Positions 56,762 through 64,000 of a stretch of 64,000 nucleotides of DNA are shown here, one piece after another; within the stretch, counting starts at the first letter, position 1, and the number at the start of each line of letters is the position of its first letter. The notes under the pieces were generated by a model, which did not search any database, was not told where the DNA came from, and saw only the letters and a list, made by a program, of their open reading frames with translations. The translations under genes were made by a program, and so were the position numbers. The DNA comes from Candidatus Uhrbacteria bacterium (GTDB lineage Bacteria; Patescibacteriota; Patescibacteriia; UBA9934; GWF2-40-263): assembly GCA_016844925.1 (NCBI GenBank), contig JAERTI010000056.1:6978-70977 (forward strand), read 5' to 3'.

Positions 56762-56895
56762 GAATTATCTGTCCCACGTAGGGCCACGTAAAACTCTTCG
56801 AGTCACGTGGCGGGGCTGGAAGGCGCACCGTCTTCTTTCGAAAGGTTGCGGGTGGGTCAATGAGCCAGAACTCTCACCACACTCTTGATATTGAA
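56762..56895 (-). promoter_or_regulatory. SAM-I (S-box) riboswitch
   Basis: Minus strand ATATCAAGAG-TGTGGTGAGAGTTCTGGCTCATTGACCCACCC-GCAACC...GGTGC...TCC...AGATAA, upstream of metK. Confidence 0.88.
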
Positions 56896-56928
56896 TTGTA
56901 GAGAAAGACTAGCACGGATTTACGTTTG

Positions 56929-56957
56929 TTGACAGTGCGCCGGCTCTCAACTACGCT
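56929..56957 (+). promoter_or_regulatory. Promoter TTGACA-N17-TACGCT
   Basis: 17-nt spacing, upstream of 56984. Confidence 0.55.
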
Positions 56958-56983
56958 CGTCACCTGGCCAAACTGGAGGTGCC

Positions 56984-57640
56984 ATGCATGTAGAACAGGA
57001 AAAGCTCTCTCGTTTCGACGAGGGATTGCACGAGCTCAGTCCGCTGATGCGACTGGTGCTGACAGATGCGGATCGGATTCTGGCTGCCGTCTGCGATGCG
57101 CCCAAGGACCTCCGTCTGCGTACGCAGATGGCAGATCACGACCGACAGGCCGACGAGCAGGCCATCGCGTTCGCGCTCCGGCAGCTCGGGCTCCACGCTG
57201 AGCATCACGGCATGACGTCGTTCAGCTTCACCAGCCCCATGGGGGAGGTGGGAGGATGGCTGTCGCACGTTCCCGAGTCCGTTCGTCGCATGCAGGCCCG
57301 CGTGTGGATGAGGGGCCTGCTCACCAGGTCCCTGAGAGGCCTGCTGGAGGAGAAGTACCACACTCTCACGCACGGCAAGCTGGGCCTGGGAGATCGTCGG
57401 CGTGTGCACGGTGTAATCCTCACCACACTCCAGGGGGTAGAGCTTCCGTGGTATGGGGGAGGAGATCTCATCTTGAGCTTGCTCAGGGCCATCCTGCCGC
57501 ACTACATTGTTCTGGCAGTGCTGAACGACCAGGATCGAGTCGCAGAGTTGCGACCGCTCATGCATCTGCTGCCCACCCTCCCGGTGCTGGGCCTGATGCA
57601 AGGCAAGGAGGGTCCTATCTGGATCTACGGCGTGCACTAG
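56984..57640 (+). CDS. Hypothetical protein (GC3-rich class)
   Basis: GGAGGT SD, own promoter, terminator at about 57648-57672. Confidence 0.65.
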   Translation: MHVEQEKLSRFDEGLHELSPLMRLVLTDADRILAAVCDAPKDLRLRTQMADHDRQADEQAIAFALRQLGLHAEHHGMTSFSFTSPMGEVGGWLSHVPESVRRMQARVWMRGLLTRSLRGLLEEKYHTLTHGKLGLGDRRRVHGVILTTLQGVELPWYGGGDLILSLLRAILPHYIVLAVLNDQDRVAELRPLMHLLPTLPVLGLMQGKEGPIWIYGVH

Positions 57641-57689
57641 CACGCAACGCGTCCTCTTCAGGGCGCTTTTTTGTTACAATGAGAGCACT

Positions 57690-58328
57690 ATGTGTTTTTC
57701 TGCCACCGCGTCCTTTACCGCCTCAGCCGTACTCTCAGCGGCAGGTGTTGCCTCGATTAAGAAAGCGCCTCGTAAGCGTGATCAGTTCATTGCGGCGATT
57801 CCGCTTCTATTCGGCATCCAACAGTTCTTTGAAGGAATGATCTGGATGTTCCCTGATCATCCGTCTTATTCGATGTTTTTTGTCGTCGGCTTCCTGTTTT
57901 TCGCTGCGGTCGTCTGGCCGTTCTATATCCCGCTGGCCGTTTGGAGCCACGAGCCTGATCCTGAGAGGAAGAAGTCCCTCCGTGTCCTGGTGGTCGTAGG
58001 TGCCATCGGGGCGCTCTACATGTTTACACTTGGTATTCTGCAACCAGTCACTCTTTCGTTTTATGACCAGTCGGTTCACTATTCGATCCCTGATCCAATA
58101 GGGGTCTGGGGAATCCTCATGTATATCATGGTGATTATCTGCTCGTTTCTCCTTTCCACAAAACCGTTCCTCCATTGGTTCGGCCTATCGATTCTGTTTG
58201 CTGCCTGGTTCTCCTGGACGATTTATAACGTGACCTTCACAAGCGTCTGGTGTTTCTTCTCTGCGCTGCTCAGCCTAGCCATCTACTTTTACATTCAACA
58301 GTTGACACCGAAGAAATCCCGTGCGTAA
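57690..58328 (+). CDS. DUF6629-like membrane protein
   Basis: MCFSATASF...IQQFFEG...SVWCFF pattern. Confidence 0.75.
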   Translation: MCFSATASFTASAVLSAAGVASIKKAPRKRDQFIAAIPLLFGIQQFFEGMIWMFPDHPSYSMFFVVGFLFFAAVVWPFYIPLAVWSHEPDPERKKSLRVLVVVGAIGALYMFTLGILQPVTLSFYDQSVHYSIPDPIGVWGILMYIMVIICSFLLSTKPFLHWFGLSILFAAWFSWTIYNVTFTSVWCFFSALLSLAIYFYIQQLTPKKSRA

Positions 58329-58373
58329 TCAAGGTGTAGTACAGTAAGCCTCGTAAACCGCGAGGTTTTTTGT

Positions 58374-59630
58374 ATGGATTTATTTGAACACAAACGACAA
58401 CAGAATAAACGCTCACGCGCGCCACTTGCCGAGCGGATGCGCCCTCGTACACTGGACGATTATGTCGGTCAGGCGCATTTGGTGGGAGAGGGAAAAATCC
58501 TCCGTCGACTGATTGACCAGGATAGGATTCCCTCGATGATTTTTTGGGGGCCACCAGGGACAGGCAAGACGACGCTCGCTCATATTATTGCCGGAGCGAC
58601 CGGTTCTCACTTTGTGAAGTTCAGTGCTGTGGAGAATGGGGTCAAGGACGTGCGACGCATTGTGGCTGAGTCAATCGACCGAGAGAAGTACTCTGGAAAG
58701 CGCACTATTTTGTTCATCGACGAGATTCACAGGTTCAACAAGCTTCAACAAGATGCGTTTCTACCCCACGTCGAGGACGGGACGATTGTGCTCATTGGCG
58801 CCACGACGGAGAACCCTTCATTTGAGGTGAACTCCGCGCTCCTTTCGCGCTGTCGGGTGTTTGTGCTGGAGGCGCTCTCAACGGAATCGATCAAGGATCT
58901 CATTGAACGAGCCCTCATGGATCCTCTTGGTGGTCTTGGGACGAAGGGGATCAACATGGACGAGCAGAGCGTCGAATACCTGGCCCACATGGCCAACGGT
59001 GATGCACGTACGGCCCTTAATGCGATCGAGATTGCTACCGAGGCGTTCGAGTCGGGCGGTGACGTGACGATCGACAAGAAGGCTGTTGAAGAAGCTCTGC
59101 AGCGCACGCATCTGCTCTATGATCGGGCGGGGGAGGAGCACTACAACATCATCTCGGCACTCCACAAATCCATGCGTGGTTCAGATGCTGACGCAGCACT
59201 GTACTGGCTCGGTCGCATGCTTGAGGGTGGGGAAGATCCGCTCTACATCGCACGCCGGCTTGTCAGATTTGCTAGTGAGGATATTGGTCTGGCAGACCCG
59301 CGTGCACTCGAACAAGCCGTGGCGGCCTATCAAGCCTGTCACTTTATCGGCATGCCAGAGTGTGGCGTGGTCCTTGCTCAATGCGTGGCTTATCTTGCAC
59401 AAGCCCCAAAATCAAACGCCCTCTACAAGGCCTACAACCGAGTGCAGAAAGATGTGCAGGAGCTGCAGAGTCTTCCTGTGCCGCTCCACCTTCGTAATGC
59501 ACCAACAACGCTGATGAAGAATCTTGGGTACGGTAAGGGGTATAAGTACACACCCGCATTCAACGATCCTGCTCACGCTGACCAGTCTTATCTTCCAGAG
59601 GAGCTGGAGGGGAAGAAGTATTTAGATTGA
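58374..59630 (+). CDS. rarA: Replication-associated recombination protein A
   Basis: PLAERMRP, WGPPGTGKTT, DEIHRFNK, GATTENP, ISALHKSMRGSD and SEDIG motifs. Confidence 0.96.
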   Translation: MDLFEHKRQQNKRSRAPLAERMRPRTLDDYVGQAHLVGEGKILRRLIDQDRIPSMIFWGPPGTGKTTLAHIIAGATGSHFVKFSAVENGVKDVRRIVAESIDREKYSGKRTILFIDEIHRFNKLQQDAFLPHVEDGTIVLIGATTENPSFEVNSALLSRCRVFVLEALSTESIKDLIERALMDPLGGLGTKGINMDEQSVEYLAHMANGDARTALNAIEIATEAFESGGDVTIDKKAVEEALQRTHLLYDRAGEEHYNIISALHKSMRGSDADAALYWLGRMLEGGEDPLYIARRLVRFASEDIGLADPRALEQAVAAYQACHFIGMPECGVVLAQCVAYLAQAPKSNALYKAYNRVQKDVQELQSLPVPLHLRNAPTTLMKNLGYGKGYKYTPAFNDPAHADQSYLPEELEGKKYLD

Positions 59631-59651
59631 TTTGGTACAATTGTGCTAGCT

Positions 59652-60044
59652 ATGAGCACGACTAACGAGGAGTGGAAGCAAAAACTTACTTCTGAGCAGT
59701 ACCGACTGCTTCGCGAGAAGGGGACGGAGCCGGCGTTCAGCGGCGCGCTTTTGGATCAGCATGAGGATGGAACGTATCACTGCGCTGGTTGTGGAGCCGT
59801 TTTGTTCTCATCAGAGGCGAAGTTTGATTCCGGTTCAGGTTGGCCGAGCTTTGATCGCGCCATGAGTGAGGGAGTCATCGAGTTTGTCGAGGACCGGTCT
59901 CATGCAATGGTGCGCACAGAAATTGTGTGCAAGGCCTGCGGAGGGCATTTGGGTCACGTGTTTGATGATGGACCAAGTGAGACGGGAAAACGGTTCTGTG
60001 TAAATTCAGGATCACTAGACTTTAAACAAGAACAACATGATTGA
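59652..60044 (+). CDS. msrB: Peptide methionine sulfoxide reductase B
   Basis: [28 protein letters not shown] and RFCVNS motifs. Confidence 0.96.
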   Translation: MSTTNEEWKQKLTSEQYRLLREKGTEPAFSGALLDQHEDGTYHCAGCGAVLFSSEAKFDSGSGWPSFDRAMSEGVIEFVEDRSHAMVRTEIVCKACGGHLGHVFDDGPSETGKRFCVNSGSLDFKQEQHD

Positions 60045-60273
60045 GTTGTATCACATGGAGAGGTGCCCGTTCTGTGTAAAGGTTCGACTGAAACTTGAGG
60101 CGCTTGAACTGGATTGGATCTCAAAAACAAGTCCGCCAGGTTCGCCACAGCGAGAGAAGCTCATGGAGATCGGAGGAAAGCAACAAGTCCCATTTCTTGT
60201 CGACTCGGAACATGGCGTGGCCATGTATGAGTCAGATGACATTATCAATTATTTAGAAGAGACTTACGGATAA
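60037..60273 (+). CDS. Glutaredoxin / GST-N-terminal-domain protein
   Basis: [13 protein letters not shown] and YESDDI motifs. Confidence 0.9.
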   Translation: MIELYHMERCPFCVKVRLKLEALELDWISKTSPPGSPQREKLMEIGGKQQVPFLVDSEHGVAMYESDDIINYLEETYG

Positions 60274-60274
60274 T

Positions 60275-61273
60275 ATGTCGGTATACATTGCTATTGTTTT
60301 TGTGTGTTTCGCTGGGTTCTTTCTGGCGAGCTACTTGTTTCACAAAAAGCATGAAAAGAAGGAGCATTTCATTTGTCCTTTTAGGGGGCGTTGTTCGGAA
60401 GTGATTCAAAGTGAGTTTTCAAAGTTCATGGGCATGCCAGTGGAGGTGATGGGATTGGTGTATTACGCAGGTCTTGCCATTGGTTATGGTGCGACCATTG
60501 CGTTTCCCTCCGTTTTCGGCTGGCTTATTTTGCCGCTCCTTATCGCCTCAACACTGGCGTTTTTCTTTTCGATGTACCTAACCTTCATTCAGATTGTCTC
60601 CATTAGAAAGTTCTGTACGTGGTGTCTTACCTCAGCAGCGTTCTGCACCATCATTTTTGGTCTCGCCCTCTTTGGTTCGTATGAATTGGTCGAACCGTTT
60701 CTGGTTCAGTTCCGCTCACCGATCTACGCATTTCATGTTCTGTTCATGGGCTTTGGTATTGGTGCAGCCACACTTAACGATGTGCTCTTCTTTAAATTTC
60801 TCAAAGACCTTCGCATTTCTGAGCAAGAGGCTGCTGTTCTAAAAACCGTAAATGAATTCATTTGGTTCGCGATCGGATTCATCCTTCTTACGGGGCTTGC
60901 CTTGTACCTCCCTGAGTTGGGGCCACGCATAGGCTCTTCACAGACACTCATGAAGATGCTCATCTTTTTGGTCATTATCGTGAACGCGGCATTTCTTAAC
61001 CTCACGATCGCTCCAAAGCTTGTAAGGATTTCATTTGGTCAAGAGCATGATCATAAAGCTGGTGAGCTTGTTCGGGCACGAAGACTCGCGTTCCTCCTGG
61101 GGCCAGTCTCTCTTGTTTCTTGGTATAGCGCGTTTGTTGTTGGGGTGATGCCGACCAATGCTGGGTACGCATTTCGAGAAATGCTTACGGTGTACGTAGT
61201 GTTACTTATCGTAGGTATGGTGATTGGATGGATTCACGAGTGCCGACTCTGCGACAGAAAACCTTCTTCGTAG
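60275..61273 (+). CDS. VKOR-family protein with an extra C-terminal membrane domain
   Basis: Loop Cys pair (CPFRGRC..V..S) and CTWC redox motif, followed by about 5 additional TMs. Confidence 0.85.
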   Translation: MSVYIAIVFVCFAGFFLASYLFHKKHEKKEHFICPFRGRCSEVIQSEFSKFMGMPVEVMGLVYYAGLAIGYGATIAFPSVFGWLILPLLIASTLAFFFSMYLTFIQIVSIRKFCTWCLTSAAFCTIIFGLALFGSYELVEPFLVQFRSPIYAFHVLFMGFGIGAATLNDVLFFKFLKDLRISEQEAAVLKTVNEFIWFAIGFILLTGLALYLPELGPRIGSSQTLMKMLIFLVIIVNAAFLNLTIAPKLVRISFGQEHDHKAGELVRARRLAFLLGPVSLVSWYSAFVVGVMPTNAGYAFREMLTVYVVLLIVGMVIGWIHECRLCDRKPSS

Positions 61274-61343
61274 CCTCAGTCACCACAGTTTTCATTGATT
61301 CTATTGAGCTAAGCGATTACCATTGAGTTATCATTTTTTTGTT

Positions 61344-62120
61344 ATGCAAGAAGCTTTACCACTCGTCCTCCCTGCGTTCATCGCGGGCATTCTCACATTC
61401 TTAGCACCCTGCACCCTTCCGCTTGTCCCGGCCTATCTTGGCTTCATCAGCGGTGCGAGTGCGAAGGATATGCAAGACCCCTCAAAGGTGGGGCAGATTC
61501 GAAAGAAAGTCTTTCTCAATGGCATATTCTACGTTCTCGGTTTCAGTGTCGTGTTTGTGGCATTGGGAATTGTCTTCGGTCTTGGGGGGGTGGCACTGGC
61601 GAAATATCAGACGCTCTTAACCAAGATTGGTGGAGGATTCATTCTCTTCTTTGGTCTCTACCTGCTAGGAGTGCTTGATAAAATTCCCGGTCTCAAAACA
61701 CTGCTCTCTTCAGAACATCGAATGAAACTCCCTCAGTCCCTTGTGCCCGGCACAGGGTCAAGCTCTTTCATCTTTGGTGCGACGTTCGCCTTTGGGTGGA
61801 CGCCTTGTGTGGGGCCGATTCTCGGTTCAATTCTGTTACTCGCTTCTTCCACCACAACGGTTTACCAAGGAGCGTTCCTCTTATCGGTATTCTCTTTGGG
61901 GCTTGCGATTCCGTTTCTGCTTCTTGCTCTGGGAATTGGACACGCATCAAAGACGGTGCACAAGCTCTCAAAAATTCTTCCCTATATTTCTGCCATAGGC
62001 GGAATCTTCTTAATCATTCTTGGAATACTCTTGCTCACGGACTCCCTTGGGGTCTGGCTTGGCTGGTCCTATCAATTGCTAGGAGAATTTGGGTACGAGT
62101 TGATCCTGGATTACCTGTAA
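61344..62120 (+). CDS. ccdA: CcdA/DsbD-TM electron transporter
   Basis: FLAPCTLPLVPAY and WTPCVGPILG motifs. Confidence 0.92.
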   Translation: MQEALPLVLPAFIAGILTFLAPCTLPLVPAYLGFISGASAKDMQDPSKVGQIRKKVFLNGIFYVLGFSVVFVALGIVFGLGGVALAKYQTLLTKIGGGFILFFGLYLLGVLDKIPGLKTLLSSEHRMKLPQSLVPGTGSSSFIFGATFAFGWTPCVGPILGSILLLASSTTTVYQGAFLLSVFSLGLAIPFLLLALGIGHASKTVHKLSKILPYISAIGGIFLIILGILLLTDSLGVWLGWSYQLLGEFGYELILDYL

Positions 62121-62130
62121 GAAACATCTT

Positions 62131-62712
62131 ATGAAATCATCAGTAAAGGTGGCTGGCCTGGCCATCGGTAGTTTCGCGCTGCTTCTCTGGGGGATGGGAA
62201 TCTCCTCCGGAACAACAACCGGATCGTCGACAACAGCTTCAACCTCTATGGGGGGTCATGGGGCCACGACCGCAGCGGTCGAGCCAGCGTCGGCAACTGA
62301 CACGACGCCATCGAGAACAGCTGCTCCTGACTTCACGCTGACGACTCTAGACGGCGAGACAATCACTCTGTCTGAGTATCAAGGTGAGAAGCCCGTGATT
62401 CTAGATTTCTGGGCGTCATGGTGCCACAACTGCCAAAGGGCTTTTCCTAAGACGGCACGACTGTATGATGCGTATAGCGATCAGGTTGAGATTATCGGTG
62501 TGAATCTAAAAGAGTCAGCATCGGCGGCCCAGGCGTTCGTTGACCGCACAGGCGCGACGTTCCCTAATGGATTGGATGCTGGGTCCATTTCTGGTAGCTA
62601 CGGTGTTCGATACACGAACACTCACATTCTCATTGACGTCGACGGCAATATTGTTGATATGTTTGCTTCTGACCTCACAGAGGCGCACATCGAGGCGCTT
62701 CTCGGCGCTTAG
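62131..62712 (+). CDS. TlpA/ResA-like thioredoxin
   Basis: APDFTL and FWASWCHNC; N-terminal anchor. Confidence 0.9.
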   Translation: MKSSVKVAGLAIGSFALLLWGMGISSGTTTGSSTTASTSMGGHGATTAAVEPASATDTTPSRTAAPDFTLTTLDGETITLSEYQGEKPVILDFWASWCHNCQRAFPKTARLYDAYSDQVEIIGVNLKESASAAQAFVDRTGATFPNGLDAGSISGSYGVRYTNTHILIDVDGNIVDMFASDLTEAHIEALLGA

Positions 62713-62715
62713 CCT

Positions 62716-63093
62716 ATGAAACAAAAACTTACCGCGAAAGAATTATTCCGCATTCTCTCGATCCCTGTTGTTGTGGCATCGCTCTGTTGCCTCTCGCCGA
62801 TAGTGATTGTGCTCCTTGGAATCAGCACGACAGCGGTGGCTGCGTCGCTCTCCGACATTCTCTATTATGAATACCGTTGGTACTTTCGTTTGGCAGGTCT
62901 CCTAGCCCTCTCTCTTAGTCTATGGCTCTTCTTTCGCAGGAAGGGGATCTGCACACTTGATCAGGCTAAGCGTCGACGCAACGAAATCATTAATACGGCC
63001 CTGATCGTCTTCATTGTCTCGATTCTTGCCTACGTTGTGTGGCTCTATGGGGTTGTGGAAATCATCGGGATTTGGTTGGGAATTTGGGGGTAG
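62716..63093 (+). CDS. MerT/MerF-like small membrane protein
   Basis: ASLCCLSP di-Cys in TM1; three TMs. Confidence 0.6.
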   Translation: MKQKLTAKELFRILSIPVVVASLCCLSPIVIVLLGISTTAVAASLSDILYYEYRWYFRLAGLLALSLSLWLFFRRKGICTLDQAKRRRNEIINTALIVFIVSILAYVVWLYGVVEIIGIWLGIWG

Positions 63094-63129
63094 AAAAAGA
63101 TCTCGACGCTGTGATATACTGCCGCCGCT

Positions 63130-63711
63130 ATGAAAAAGACGTTTTTACTTCTCCTGGGAGCCATTGTGCTCGTCGGTGGTGGCTGTTTCGGAAATGATTC
63201 AGCATCTGTAGACGAGGGTCCAGTTGAGATTGATCGAGATGCTATCTTGTTTGAAGCAAAGCAGCAGGGGCTTATCATGTCTGATGATGAGAGTGCTCAG
63301 ATGGTGGAGGGTGTTTCAGAGGACGCTGGTTCCACACCGGAAGGGATCGAGCAGTACCTCAATCAAGACTTCTCTGAATGGAGTTCTGCGGCTCTGGCAG
63401 ATGTAACAGGTGGCGGAAGTTATGGGATTGCTCACGCGGCATTCATCAGTGGCCAGTACCAACTTGTCGTAGAGATGGGAAACGTCCCTGATCTTGCAGA
63501 AGGGTACTTCTATGAAGGATGGATTGTTCGACGCGGAGCAAACATGTCTGTTATCAGCACAGGTGTTGCTGAGATCGTGGAAGACAAACTTGTGAACGTT
63601 TATATGTCGAACACAAACCTGACCGACCATGATTTCTACGTGCTTACCCTAGAGCCAGACGATGGCGATCCAGCACCGGCAGAACACATCCTTGAAGGAA
63701 CATTGAAATAA
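63130..63711 (+). CDS. Lipoprotein with an RskA-like (anti-sigma K) C-terminal domain
   Basis: LVGGGC lipobox-like site; YEGWIV...LTLEPDDGDPAP motif. Confidence 0.5.
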   Translation: MKKTFLLLLGAIVLVGGGCFGNDSASVDEGPVEIDRDAILFEAKQQGLIMSDDESAQMVEGVSEDAGSTPEGIEQYLNQDFSEWSSAALADVTGGGSYGIAHAAFISGQYQLVVEMGNVPDLAEGYFYEGWIVRRGANMSVISTGVAEIVEDKLVNVYMSNTNLTDHDFYVLTLEPDDGDPAPAEHILEGTLK

Positions 63712-63742
63712 AAAAACAGACCCTCATAAGGGTCTGTTTTTG
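63711..63742. terminator. Bidirectional intrinsic terminator
   Basis: AAAAAACAGACCCT-CATA-AGGGTCTGTTTTT. Confidence 0.75.
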
Positions 63743-63743
63743 G

Positions 63744-64000
63744 TTAGGTAATCATGAGGTAGCCAATGCTCATGACGGTCATGTCGACGATCGCGTGATT
63801 CAGCCACACGGGAAGCAGGGAGCCTGAGCGTTGGTAGAGCCAGCACCAGAAGATGCCCATGCCCGCTATGAGGATCGAGATGCCGATGGCCATCCAAAGT
63901 GGTGTGAATTGGGCAAGGACAATCACGTGGTGGGAAGCAAAGGCGATCGAGGAGATGAGGGCAGCCGGGAGAAAGGTGGTTTTGAGGAGCAGGCCGCGGA
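63744..64000 (-). CDS. CPBP (CAAX protease/Abi) family intramembrane metalloprotease, partial
   Basis: FASHH and WLYQRSGSLLPVWLNHAIVD motifs; continues beyond the window. Confidence 0.85.
   Translation of the reverse strand, partial: RGLLLKTTFLPAALISSIAFASHHVIVLAQFTPLWMAIGISILIAGMGIFWCWLYQRSGSLLPVWLNHAIVDMTVMSIGYLMIT

Noticed and set aside
62716-63093. Mercury resistance operon
   Set aside because: No merA, merR or merP nearby.
1-64000. CRISPR array, rRNA, IS transposase, tmRNA, SRP RNA, RNase P RNA
   Set aside because: No regularly spaced repeats or diagnostic motifs seen by eye.

Overview
64 kb of bacterial chromosome, most consistent with a Patescibacteria/CPR genome (ABY1/Uhrbacteria-like; inferred from lineage-typical surface domains, scarce Shine-Dalgarno sites and sparse metabolism). 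It is mostly housekeeping and stress genes: mutY, MGMT, RimK-like, GreA/B, DEAD helicase, TrmH, msrA/msrB, trhO, glpK-gpsA, ABC-F, truB, prs, metK with a SAM-I riboswitch, rarA, and a VKOR/CcdA/TlpA redox cluster. There is also a probable 6S RNA and a tRNA-Asn. Five things stand out. (1) A ~5.4 kb element (gpII/X-type Rep, SpoVG-like protein, large serine recombinase) sits in the tRNA-Asn 3' end; its attP lies inside the recombinase gene, so integration/excision swaps the enzyme's C-terminus. (2) Two interleaved gene classes: scattered GC3-rich, divergent genes with strong SD and TTGAC(A/G)-N17 promoters, versus SD-less or near-leaderless core genes. (3) A degenerate galactokinase/GHMP fold fused to a winged helix, next to one of those promoters. 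(4) An exosortase/archaeosortase adjacent to a PEF-CTERM surface protein. (5) A MutS7-type MutS-HNH fusion. All calls come from motif reading by eye; no database searches or folding computations were run.
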